Translations under genes and position numbers: made by a program
NCBI RefSeq assembly: GCF_018350175.1
Contig: NC_058368.1
Span: forward strand, 57,600,001 to 57,664,000
Origin: Felis catus
Taxonomy: Eukaryota
DNA length: 64,000 bases
Direction of reading: 5' to 3'
The notes under the pieces: generated by a model
Told to the model about the DNA's origin: nothing
The model's input: the letters and a program-made list of their open reading frames with translations, nothing else
The model's database searches: none
Shown: one piece after another, positions 38,050-49,943 of the stretch
How positions within the stretch are numbered: the stretch's first letter is position 1
Layout of the letters: each line of letters opens with the position of its first letter

Positions 38050-40580
38050 TATTAAGATATACAAATGCAAGTATTGATTCCTTGCCATTTCACTGCTAAA
38101 ATAGCTAACAGTATTTTGACAGGATTCTTTCCATCCCTGCTTAGGACTGTCAATCTTTACTGGATCTTCCATAATACCATTTCTCCAGGTACTGGGCCAT
38201 GCAAGGATGGTTTAGGAGAATGCTGAGGAAAAGCTGCCTCTATCTGTTGATAAGAATGAGTGCATTGCATGAGTCTCCCAAAATATTTGGCTGTGTATAC
38301 TTGTATAGAGTGTAAAAATGAGTATGGTTATTAACCCATAATGAGATATTTAAAGCATCCCAATAGGAGTTTTATTATAATGAATTTACAATACTTTAGG
38401 CCAAGGAAGTTTGAACATCATTGAGAATATAACTAATTTTATTTTCAGAATTCTACTTATTCTTTACACCTTTCATAAAGAGTGGGGGTTATATAAACTG
38501 TGAATTTTCTGAATAGTTACAGAGCTTTGCAACACTCTCTGATAACAACCTAAATCACACAGGTGTCCTTGTCACTGGAGAGTTAGCTTTGAATTCTCCA
38601 GTTTGGTAATACAAATCAAGCAATTTTTTGTTACTATTTGAGAGGTAGCTCTTTGACAAGGAAAGGCTACCCAAGAACAAGCAAACAATGACAAACATGT
38701 ATTCAAAGTCCACATGGGGAGATACTTGTAGGAAAATTCATTTGGAGATGTTCAAAAGAGTCCTGAAGTTTGGGCTTTTGTATGTCATATCTTTATAGTT
38801 TATCAGGATTATTATGGTGGTGACAGATACACCAGAAACAAATTTGGCTTTTCTATAAACTTTCCCCAACAATGTTCAGTAAGTTATGTGGCAAATTTGT
38901 TCTTGCTGTGATGGTAATTCCAGGTAAATTTTTTGCAAGTCTCTGCTAAGGTTCTCCAGGGCTATTCAATCTCTATCTCAGAATAACAAAGTTTATTTTC
39001 ATTTTCGGCAGTCATATTTTCCCACTATCACTTTTCAAATCAGAACACAATCATGGGGGCACCTGGGTGGCTCAGTCAGTTAAGCATCTGACTTTGGTTC
39101 TGGTCATGATCTCACAGTTCGTGAGTTCAAGCCCCGCATCAGGCTCTGCACTGATAGATTGGAGCCTGGAGCCTGCTTCCAATTCTGTGTCTCCTTCTCT
39201 CTGTCTCTGTCTCTGTCCCTCTCTCTCTCTTTCTCTGTCTCTCAAAAATAAATATTTAAAAAATTTAAAAAAGAAAACAATCATGGACATTTTAAAACTG
39301 ACTCTCTAAGTTTTTCCAAAGATTTTGCCTCATGGTTGATCATGAGGTGTAGGATCTTATTATGGTAGTATTTCTGGGGAAGTGATCAGCCAGGAAATTT
39401 CTTTTAATTTCCATGTCTATGCAAGGAAGTTTCTTTTAGTTTCCATATCTATGCTTTTTTTTGTGCAAATTTCTACATTTATAATAGCCACCACCATAGA
39501 ATACATTAAAACAATCAAAGTTTCTCTAACCTCTTGATCATGCTTAATTGAGTTTCCACTCAGGTCAGAAAACTGTTGCTTCTAAAACTTTCCAAATTCA
39601 TAGATGACCTCAAAGGAATACCCACTATCAATACACATATCATTCTTCTCATCTATAGCTAACCAATATAATGTAGCAAGCTTGAGTTAGTTCTGCAGTC
39701 TTGATAGGATTTTCCTATGATAAAGGGTTACAGTGTATCCCACTTTATATATTTTTATTTCATTCTTAAGGTATAACCCATCCACAAAGCATTGTTCATT
39801 GTAGTTTTACCAAAGGAGTTGTTATTAAGCCAAAGAGTTGCTTCACCCTTGCCTGGAAGATAGTACTAGCAGGATTGGTAAAATATATAAGTCCCTCTTC
39901 TATAAGGCTTTGAAAATTGGTTTTAATCCCTCCCCTTTTTAAACTTCTGGTTTTAAAGGAGATAGTCCTTTATTTAGTTTCTGGTTTCAAAGCATATTGT
40001 CCAAGTTTCATTAGAGGCTTTGTTGGGCCTATTTATACTCTTAAGGGTTCAATTCATATAATCCTACCTATAATGGGAAATACTTTGCGTACAAAGATAT
40101 CCATTATCTTCCTTAGATATTTAATCTGGGCTTTAGACACAGGCTATGTAAGATAAGGTCCAAATTAGACACAACCACATTATGAATAGAGGAGTCCTCC
40201 TGGATTTCAAGGAAGAGATCATCAGGACAACATTTAATATGGCAATTGCACTTATATTGTAATTATTCCCTACTAAGTTAGAGAGTGTAGCAAGGCCAAG
40301 GAGGAATGAATATCCTCTGGTTAATGTATGAATATGAGTGATATAGGCCAGGATACAGTGAATGTCTGAGAACTATTGGAGATACCTACCACCAGAGTAA
40401 TTGTTGACTGCAAAAGAGTTTGTACAGCTGCAAGGTTAAGGTCAATATTGTAGCACCTATATCAACTAAATTTCTTGCACGAGTTATTCTTTTGTATATA
40501 TAGAAGTTTCTCCTAAATTTAAGGCCAAGTGGAAACTGTGTGCTTGATTTCTCCTCAGTACTTTCACTCATTACTCCCAT
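38050..40580 (-). pseudogene. Retroviral pro-pol remnant (most of RT deleted; many stops and frameshifts)
   Basis: Protease motif at 40449-40469, RNase H motif at 39768-39788, integrase motifs at ~38560-38585 and ~38390-38410. Confidence 0.85.
39057..39271 (+). mobile_element. Feliform SINE inserted in ERV pol
   Basis: TSD agaa(c/a)acaatcatgg. Confidence 0.95.
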
Positions 40581-40692
40581 TTTTACCCCTTCAGTTCTTA
40601 GCTCACATAGGCCATTTTTTCTTGATATCCTTTTTCTTTACAGGATCTACAACTATCTTCATCAAGAGACTCCCTTCTCTGATGTTTAATAT

Positions 40693-40813
40693 CTGAGCCT
40701 GCAGCTTGCTTCAGACTATGTGTCTCCCTCTCTTGTTGCCCCTCCCCACTCATGTTCTGTCTCTCTCTCTCTGTGTCAAAAATAAACATTAAAAAATTAA
40801 AAAAAATAAAATA
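40693..40813 (+). mobile_element. 3' half of a feliform SINE
   Basis: gagcctgcagcttgcttcaga...ctctctgtgtcaaaaataaac; head absent. Confidence 0.88.
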
Positions 40814-41205
40814 ACAGCATTAACAAACACTATATTTTCCCTATCATGGGATGCTAAATCAGGAAATTACAGTGGCCATTACAACATGATAACAAAATAG
40901 CCTTAGGGATTCTAATTCATGATACCAAACATGTAGATAAACGATCATAGATTTTATTAAAGCTAAGAAAAATATTTTAACTGGACCACGGGGTTGAAGT
41001 TTCATGCACACGTCATCATTAGAACGCCAGAACCACAAAATTCAAAGGAAAAATGAAAATTAAATGGGTTAGAATATTATTAGCCATACACAGAAGATTA
41101 AAATCTTGTAAATTTGGTACACATTGTAAATTTGTTTACAACAAAAATGGGTCAATACTATCCTTTAGGAAAGAATGCACTATTCTGCCTCTAAAATATT
41201 TTATG

Positions 41206-41207
<2 letters not shown>

Positions 41208-41254
<47 letters not shown>
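41208..41254. repeat. (TG)n microsatellite
   Basis: Seen directly. Confidence 0.95.
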
Positions 41255-41256
<2 letters not shown>

Positions 41257-41264
41257 CGATCTAT

Positions 41265-41740
41265 ATTTGGGGAGACAATTCCCCAGGAGTCTTTCACATT
41301 TCTGCATATGTTGTACACATGTGACTGTCCTTTGTTGCAAACTTACTTTGCAAGAATGTCTGTATAGAAAATAGCATTAAAAATGAAGTCTCCCCACTAA
41401 GGAAGGGGAGTATTCACTTAAAACCTTGAAAGAGAGAGAGAGTGTCTCCCTCAGGAGCAAGGGCAGGCATGCTTACTGTCCACTATACCCTTTACAGGTT
41501 CTCTCAGTGCAAATTTCTTCTTCTTTAACTCCGTCCACTGTATGTGCCGGGATCAGGCTTTTTGTCACCCTGTGGGAATTGGGCCTGTGAAACTAGGGCA
41601 AAAAGTGCTCTTATTCTGGCTACTTCCATTGCTGTGAACACACTTTTCTGATCTAGGAGTCTTGTGTCCTCTGCCTGAATGCATGAAACTGTGGCAGGTA
41701 TGATGAGGGATTACCTTGTGTTTTCAGAGTTTTCAAAATT
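41265..41740 (+). mobile_element. ERVL-class solo LTR (MER76/MER77-like)
   Basis: ggggagacaattcccca; agtgtctccctcaggagcaagggcaggcatgcttactg; catgaaactgtggcagg. Confidence 0.75.
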
Positions 41741-42884
41741 CAGTATACTCATGTGATAATCACAATGTACCTAGCGGTTCTTTATACTCTTTATAAGGGA
41801 GAATGCCTGAGAGAATTGTGGTTATATTAATGCAACTTTGAAAATACTGTAGTGACTTTATTCATTCTAGTTTGGCTAGTCTCAAAGGATACTCAAAGAA
41901 GCAGAGTTGGTTTCAAAAGAAAAACGTTAGGGAGCCAGACTGCCCTCATATTCTATTGCTGTATGACTCCAAAGGAAACATCACACTATTGGTTGACTAC
42001 ATGCTTCTGAAGGTAAAAATCTTAGGGGAAAACAATGGAAATAATGTTGGGGAAAAAGGGCTGATTTTCATGGTCTTATGGTACCTTGAGAAATTCTGTC
42101 CTAATTCTCAAGAGAGAAATATTTGAAGGAATGTTTCAGGTTCTCTTTTCCACTGTGAAGAAGAGTGTCTCATTTGTTTAGTGAGAGCAAATGCCTAAAT
42201 TAGAGAGGCTATGCTTATCAGGAGGCAGGACCTCTGCATTAAAAATGTCAGCCAGCCCTGGAAAACAGCATGCCAAACCTTGCTTCATGGATTCTTATGC
42301 TGAGATATGCCATGTATCTACATATAAGCAGTTCAGCAGAAGCTCCAGTCATATCTCTGCTCCCCAGGTTCCAATTTCTCAGTCTGAAATTGAATATAGT
42401 AAGTCAGGACTGGAAAGGCACAAAAGTGCATGCTTAAGTATACCAGAGATAGAAATTCTACCAAGACTTAAAATGTGTATTTATTAATTAAAGCAAACTA
42501 ATGCAGTATAGTTTGATCCACAATTGAACTTTGCGTTTGTCTTTCATTCATTGAGAACTCAGATATCAGATGTTATTAACACCATAACCAAGCTACAATA
42601 ATGAGGACACAATAATGGTATTACAATGTAATTCATTTTATGCAAAATAAAAGCTTCCTCTAATAAAATTCTTGCTTGTACCCTTCTGATGGAATCTCAT
42701 GATGTATTCAGATCAGCATTTCCAAATCACAAAATGAACTAATGTCCTGCATAGATACCTTAAATTGATCCCCCTATTCTTTATGATAAAGGCCAGTTTC
42801 TATAAAAGGGTCCAAAAAGGCTTTAGATTACTGAAGCCTGTTCATTTTCTTAGAGTCATTTCCCCCTCCAGCTTTATTAAATGC

Positions 42885-43155
42885 CTTTCCCTTTCCATCA
42901 TCATTCAAGAATCAGGTCAGTGTCTCTCCTTCAAGAACATGCAATGCCCTTCTCTTCCTCAATTTAGTTTAAGTACTCTCCTGGTACACAGTCATAGTGC
43001 TTACTGTATTAAATTGCAAACATTTGTCTACTTCTCTATTTCCTTCAGTGGACTGAGTTCCTCAAGGACAGGAAGCTTAACACTCATTATTTGTACTCAC
43101 TCCAAATCCCAACCCTCAGCACATGGTAGCTGCTGAATAAAGGCTTCTGGAATGA
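42885..43155 (+). mobile_element. L2 3' end
   Basis: gactgagttcctcaaggacagg...cagcacatggtagctgctgaataaa. Confidence 0.7.
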
Positions 43156-43159
43156 CAGT

Positions 43160-43320
43160 AATTCCATAGCATGCTTCCTAAACTATTACAGTTTTTTAAA
43201 TCCTAAGGAAGTGGTAGGAGAGATTTCTGAAATAGACCTATGCAAAGTAGATCTGGCAATCTTTAGTTTTAAACATTTCCCTAGGTAATTATGATAACCT
43301 AACCTATTGAGAACCTCTTC
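43160..43320. mobile_element. MER5-like hAT MITE, very diverged
   Basis: aatctttagttttaaacatttccctaggtaattatgat...ttgagaacc. Confidence 0.45.
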
Positions 43321-44351
43321 TCTATTTCCTGCTCTACAAATATATAGCTTTTGATTTTAGGTAACTAATTTTAATTTTCTAGATTTTTCCATCGGTTTAT
43401 TTATTGGTGATTGTACTGGATATTCCAGGTTAAAAATTCTAAAATTCTAGTGATACTGATACAGCAGATTAAATATTTAAATTAACGTGGTACTTGTAAG
43501 TTTTCCTTTTCCTAGACAACCAAATATACCTTTTTCAGGGCACACTGTCATAGCTGTTTCTCTGACTGAAATCCTTAAACTTATCCAGCACTTCATGTCT
43601 GTCCAGTGTGTATAGGTAAATTGTTTTTACACTCTTTATTTGTTTAGCATGCTGCTCACTGACCACTTCCATAGTAAGCAATGGGGATAGTTAACATATT
43701 CTCTTGAGGAAAAAAATGTATGTAAACATTTTAAGTAAACAGTAAAATTACAAATTATGCTATCAGTTCTGTTAGCTTCCAAGGTCATAACCTTTGGTAA
43801 TTTAACCAGGTACAATAAGCATGTTTATAAAAAATGAAATGATGATGTATTTGGCATTACCCTCTGGCACACATAAAAGTGCATAAACACAATCTCATGG
43901 AACTATGGCATGTGACAATATATATTTTGTGTTGCATTTTTTACAATATATTTATTTCATCTTCATACATGTTCATAACACATGCTTCTATAAGCCAGAA
44001 GCATTACATTGTTATCAACAAGTATGTGAGACCAGAATCATAGCTGCGAACATCCTGGACTTTACTTTTGATGATTCTGTTTATTGCTCTGATAAATAAA
44101 AATGTATGCAAGTGAGTACCAGGAACTGTAGCTGTTTCTTCTTTTCCACAACTTTACTAAATACCGTTTCTTTTGAATCCCTTTAAATAATGATTATATG
44201 GACCAGTATAGATGAGACAAGCAAGGTATTCAAAATTAAAACAACCTGACAATGATATTTAGGAAGGTAGATATTGAGAGATTAGTGCAGCCAATAATGA
44301 AAAGTTTCTGTCTGGGTTCTAGATGCCCAATTCAATTAAAGAATTTCATTT

Positions 44352-44572
44352 TTTTATTTAAATGTTTATTTATTTATTTATGTATTTAATTTTTAACGTG
44401 TATTTTATTTTTGAGGGGGGGGGCAGAGAGAGAGGGAGACACAGAATCCTAAGCAGGCTCCAGGCTCTGTGCTGTCAGCACAGAGCTCCACATGGGCTCG
44501 AACCTACTAACCATGAGATCATGACCTGAGCCAAAGTTGGATGTTTAACCAACTGAGCCACCCAGGCACCCC
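44352..44572 (-). mobile_element. Feliform SINE
   Basis: Antisense SINE ending caggcacccc. Confidence 0.95.
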
Positions 44573-44767
44573 AATAATCTCATTTTTTCTAATAGTGATC
44601 ACATTGGGCAATACTTCTCTCTCATTTTTAAATTATAGTTCTTTAGAAAGGAAAAAAGAAAATAGATAAGAGACTAAAAACAGTGAAGAAGCTGTTTTTG
44701 GGGACAATTCAAATTTTGATTAAACATCCTGTGATACGACTTAAAGTACCATGGCTGTTTTTGGGTT

Positions 44768-44850
44768 ATCTATCTGTATCTCTCTATCTATCTCTCTATC
44801 TATATCTATATCTATATCTATATCTATATCTATATCTATCATCTATATAT
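44768..44850. repeat. (TATC)n/(TATATC)n microsatellite
   Basis: Seen directly; resumes at 45120-45150 after the inserted duplicate. Confidence 0.93.
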
Positions 44851-44861
44851 AGCTAATTTAT

Positions 44862-45114
44862 CTGCTCTGTCCTGCCTGAAGAAACTTAAAGCAAGATTAG
44901 AAAGGATCAAGCTGTTTCCAAGTAACCTAACTATGTCACACAGAAATATTCAGGAATATTTATAAGAATACAAAAATATCTAGCTGCCAATGGCAAATAT
45001 CATGATTTCTACCATCCAGTAAGAAGTTACCAAGTGTTCAAAGAGTAAAAAAGAATTTATGACCCATAGTATGATAGACAGAATTTAATCAATTGAAACT
45101 GAACACAAACTGAT
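44862..45114 (+). repeat. Direct duplicate of 46853-47116
   Basis: Manual alignment: about 18 substitutions and 3 indels over ~253 bp. Confidence 0.95.
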
Positions 45115-45151
45115 CAATTTCTATATATCTATACATCTATATATCTACATA

Positions 45152-45675
45152 ACCACACAATTCTCTGATACTACTGCCATGATGTTGCAGGGTCTCTACC
45201 CCCTTTCTTTGAATTAGGCAACTTTGTGACTGCTTTGACCAATAGGAAAAGTATGTTAGAAGTGACTTTCAAGAGACTAGGTCATAAAAGGGATGACTTA
45301 TTCTCTGCATTACTCTTGCTTGAGATTTGAACTGAGAAGACTGGCTACAATGAAGATTGTAAGGAAGTAAAGCCACATTTAGGCATTCTGTTGACAGTCC
45401 CAGTTAAACTCAGTGCTTCAGTCATTACAGACCAGCTGACAATCATGAAAGTGAAGAAACCTCCAGATGATTGCAGGCACCATCCATTCAGTTACCTGAG
45501 CCTTTGGGTCTTTGCAACTGAAGTCCCAAACAGGAGAGAGATAAGCTGTCTCCTCTGATGAAATCCTCGTTCACAGAATAGTTGAGAATACAGTGCTTTG
45601 TGTGTGTGTACTGTGTGTGTTACTAAACTCTGGGAAGGCTTGAAAATCATAGTTACAGTAGATAGTAGGAATTGT
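45152..45675 (+). mobile_element. MLT1G/H-type MaLR LTR
   Basis: tgtgactgctttgaccaatag; ctaggtcataaaagg; gtgaagaaacctccagatgatt. Confidence 0.8.
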
Positions 45676-46559
45676 ACAGTTAAACATGTTGTGTCTCTCA
45701 ATAATATTACAATGATTTCCAATTGATCATTTTTTGCTCTTTAGGCAAATATAAAAGTACTTACAAAATAAAAACATAAATTTATATACCTTTCTAATAA
45801 TTTGTAAACAATCATGGTTAAGTTAAATATGTAATTGCTTTTAAAATATTAATTTTGGAATATGAGGCTGAATGGTCAAGTGTTTATTTGTATGTTCCTT
45901 TTGCCTAGTTCTAAGATATTTAAAGTTCTGGAAAATAGTTTAGAAGCAAAATAATAGGTATAGGTTCTTGCTATTGAGTGTATTCTGTCATTGTCTACAA
46001 TCTAGTATAAACATTTACTATACTAATGATTGTTTTTCTAATGATCTTAGTTAATATAGTCACAGAGGTGTTATTTGCCAGTTCTTTATAATCACAGGCC
46101 TTTTGAGGCTAGTGATAGAGATGTAAATGTGAAGGAGTTTGGGAAGATTTGCAAGGTATTTCCCTAGAAGTCAGGGTTTCTGCAGATGAGAATTAGGATA
46201 GAATGTTTTTTGATCTTAGATGTAAGTTCATATTATGTTTGTGCTCTTGGTAGGGGATCTTCAGTATCTAGACCTCCTGAATCATATAACTCAGATTTCA
46301 AGCCATGATGATCAGTTTATGGACTTGTATTCCAAATATTATTTGGGCAGTTAGTGGAATATTTGTTCTGTTTTGTTTCTAATTTCAAGATGCCAAACAA
46401 AAGACAATAATAGACAATGATGTTTGAGTGATGGGAAACAAATAAGATGAACACTATGTTTCTTTCCACTTCATTATTAAGAAAGTTTTCAGGTGGTAGT
46501 GTAGGAAAAGAGAACTCAGTCAAGGCTCCATGGACCCTATGAGGTGAAGAACAAAAACT

Positions 46560-47361
46560 GAGTCCAGGGAGAAAGAGCCAAGGGCAGAGTCCTGAGGAGG
46601 TAAGAGATACGTGTAGTAAGAAGTCTCAGACCAGGAGGTGGTACCTCTCAAATAGTCACCTGAGCATTCATCAGTGAAGGTATATGGGCAATTACAAGAA
46701 CCTCCCTTGTAGGTTAGAAGTGGTAGTGCCTGGTGCCAGGATAGTGCCCGTTCCCAACAGTTAGATTGAAATACCTATGATTCATGGTATATTTGGGAAA
46801 TATAGAGAAGTGTCCTCTGTACTGATGGGGAATGTTAGAGTTAGATCAAGCACTGCTCTGGTCCTGCCTAAAGAAACTGAAAGCAAGATTACAGAGGATC
46901 AAGCTGTTTCCAAGTAACTTAACTATGTCACACAGATATATTCAGGAATATTTCTAAGAATACAAAAGTATCTAGCTGCCAATGGCGAATATCATGATTT
47001 CCACCATCCAGTAAGAAGGTATCAAAGTTACCAAGAATTCAAAGAGCAAAAAAAGAACTTCTGACCCATAGTATGATAGATAGAATTTAATCAATGGAAA
47101 CTGAACTCAAACTGATACAGATGTTAGAATTAGGAACACACAATATTAAAATAGTTATTTTACCTGTATTCAACAGTTTAAAAAAATTAAGAGTCAGCAG
47201 TGATGGGGCACTTGGGTGACCCAGTCGATTAAGCATCTGACTCTCGATTTCAGCTCAGGTCATGATCTCATGTTTCGTGGGTTCGAGCCTGCATCAGACT
47301 CTGGGCTGACAGTGCAGAGCCTGCTTAGGATTCTCTCTTTGTCTCTCTCTCTCTCTGTCTT

Positions 47362-47426
<65 letters not shown>

Positions 47427-47678
47427 CTCTCTCTCTCAAATAACTAACTTAAGAAAAAGCATTAGGAAAGATATAAAAAAGCCAGATCTATAATTTTAGA
47501 GATGAAGGCTATATGGTCTAATATAAAAAAAATACACTGAGTGGGATTAAAAACACATTTTGATATCACAAATGAAAAGATACTTGAACTTGAATACACA
47601 GCTGTATAAACATTCAAAATGAAGAGCATTACAGAACTAAAACTTTTACACCTGAATACTATATTAAAAATACACATG
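46560..47678 (+). mobile_element. Old L1 (L1MC/MD-like) 5' UTR/ORF1 fragment
   Basis: aggatcaagctgtttccaagtaacttaact; aactgatacagatgttagaattag; ORF1-like gaacttgaatacacagc. Confidence 0.7.
47205..47458 (+). mobile_element. Carnivore SINE with expanded (CT)n
   Basis: ggggcacttgggtgacccagtc head and long CT tract. Confidence 0.93.
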
Positions 47679-47895
47679 GGGGCACCTGGGTGGCTCAGTC
47701 AGTTAAGCATCTGACTTCGGCTCAGGTCATGATCTCACAGTTTGTGTGTTCGAATCCCGTGTGGGGTTCTGTGCTGACAGCTCAGAGTCTGGAGTCTGCT
47801 TCATTCTGTGTCTCCCTCTCTCTCTCTCTGTCCCTCCCCCACTCATGCTCTGTCTCTGTCTCTCTCTCAAAAATAAACATTAAACTTTTTTTAAA
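47679..47895 (+). mobile_element. Feliform SINE
   Basis: Full length; degraded TSD aaaaatacacatg / aaaaatgcatatg. Confidence 0.95.
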
Positions 47896-48789
47896 AAAAT
47901 GCATATGAGTTCAATAGATACATGATCAGCCTTGAATTCTGTATCTATAGTACATATATAAACAAACCAGGAAGAATCCATTTATTTTAAACTGTGTAAT
48001 AGGCTGAATTTGTTCAACCTATGCTCTCTTTTATCAAAATAAGACCCAGAAGGATTTTCTAAATCTCCTCTTTTTTGTTTGAATCATTTCCAGCTCTTTA
48101 TGATTATTTTTCCTGCTCTGAAACTGTTTACCTGAGCCTATGTTAACAGCACTTTCTTCTTCTTTGAAAACAGTCTAATTACTGTAGTGAGGATTTTTCA
48201 TCAGCGATCACATACTGCATCTAGAAGTGCTGGAACAATAACTCAAGGCAACTGATTGGCAGCGACTGCTACCAAATTAGCATTTCCATGGAAGTCAGCA
48301 TCAGTTATCCTCAACAGACATTATCCTCATCTGAGAGTCTCTGAACTGTTTTTCAATACAGGCCAAATCACTCAGAATGAAATAAAACAAAAGAAACTTT
48401 GTCTGAATACTGTATTAGGACAGAAGCAAATATCTTGCTTGTATTCTTTCACCCTATACAGCGTTCTTTAAATTTTAAGAGCTGAAACAGAGCAGATTCG
48501 TTGTGTGTTCCAACACAACAAATGCTATTAAAATAGCATTTAATATGCTATTAAATTTAGCATATTTAATAAATAGCACATACATTGATTTGAGAAAAAT
48601 TAAGTTTTGAAGTTGGTTAATGAATTGTCAATACATCTGCATGAAAATAACACATCTTGTTAAGGTTAGGTAAGAGCATACATGAAATGGCAAGAAATAA
48701 CACCCAATGATAAAAAATGAAAGTGGACTCCTTGTACTTGGAAGCTTTTGTAACTCAAAACAAAACGCATCGATATTTTAATGTTGAGT

Positions 48790-48958
48790 GTAAAAGTGAA
48801 AATGGAATTTAGATACCATGTAGTGAAAATCTTTAGTTTTGGGAAACTAAAATCAGAGATGTTCTTGATTTATCCAGTGTTAAATCATCATGTGCAAAGA
48901 AATCAGGACTAGAACCTGGGTATCTAACTTATGTCTTAGTGCTCCTTCCATTTCCAAA
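48790..48958 (-). mobile_element. MIR SINE
   Basis: gggaaactaaaatcagaga...caggactagaacctggg...tagtgctccttcca. Confidence 0.7.
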
Positions 48959-49735
48959 CATACCCCTAGCCCTACATCCAGGGATCTAATATATGCCTAA
49001 TCTCTATTTGTTTTAGCCTCATTTAAACTGGATTTAATAATAAACTGCAGGATTATCTGATTTAAAATTTTGAGTCAATATTAGTGCTTAGACCTCACCC
49101 ACTCTTCAAAATCAGTTTTGTGTGATGTCAAAGATCTCAGTGAACTGTTTTTGCCCTTCTAACTGTATAGTAGTACATACATGGCCATCCTGAAACCCCT
49201 TAAACATACATCGTGTAGTTAACATCTGACTACAGATAGTGCTTGTAGTAAACAAAGTTAAAATTTACCATAGGGAAGAGAATTCTGAAACATATAGAAC
49301 TATAGTAAGAGTATGATGATTGACTACAATGTTTATATGTTATCTTGGACAGTGACACTTTACCCATTAGATACATTAACCCCTGTTGTATTCAATGAAG
49401 CTAAGAAGTACTATATACATATACCATATACCACACATTGAGTCAGTTTCAATACCACTGAAAGTAACTACAATATTTCTGATTGTACAATAATGAGAAA
49501 AATTATACTTGAGAATTCACCTAGACTATTGCTCCTGTTTTTTGTTGTTGTTGTTTGTTTGTTTTTTCATTTTTTTAAACTGGAAATTTCCAACTCGGAT
49601 AAGTGGAGGTCTTAGTATTACCTCAGTAGTAGCACATCCATATTAAATATTTGCTTGGAAATACTTCTTTTAACCTGTTTAGTAATAAATAGAAATTCCT
49701 CTATTTCTGTCATTGTGTCTAGAATTCTCAGGTTT

Positions 49736-49943
49736 TATTTTAAAGTTTATTTATTTCTTTTGAGAGAGACAGAGACAACGCAAGTGGGAGGGGCAGAGAG
49801 AGAGGGAGAGAGAGAATCCCAAGCAGGTCTGCACTGCCAGTGAACAGTCTGATGTGGGGCTCTAACTCATGAAGCTGTCAGGTCATGACCTGAGTCAAAG
49901 CCAAGAGTCCAGTGCTTAACCAACTGAGCCATCCAGATGCCCC
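49736..49943 (-). mobile_element. Carnivore SINE
   Basis: Antisense SINE; near-TSD agaattct(c/g)ag. Confidence 0.93.

Larger units (their letters stand above)
36569..40690 (-). mobile_element. Decayed class I (gamma-like, ERV1) endogenous retrovirus internal region: gag end-pro-pol-env, with large deletions
   Basis: Collinear minus-strand motifs: CRSCKEKGY (NC knuckle), LVDIGAT (protease), KLGQYALKPE (RT N-terminus), FVDGLYL and IDSGYSF (RNase H), LSSDKDT and LPWPKVL (integrase), AVIQNRASSDSTLAFQGG...EEWCAYI (env TM). Polypurine tract at 36572-36586. Confidence 0.9.

Noticed and set aside
41265..41740. This LTR as the 5' LTR of the adjacent ERV
   Set aside because: It is on the opposite strand, looks ERVL-class, and has no counterpart beyond the polypurine tract at 36570.
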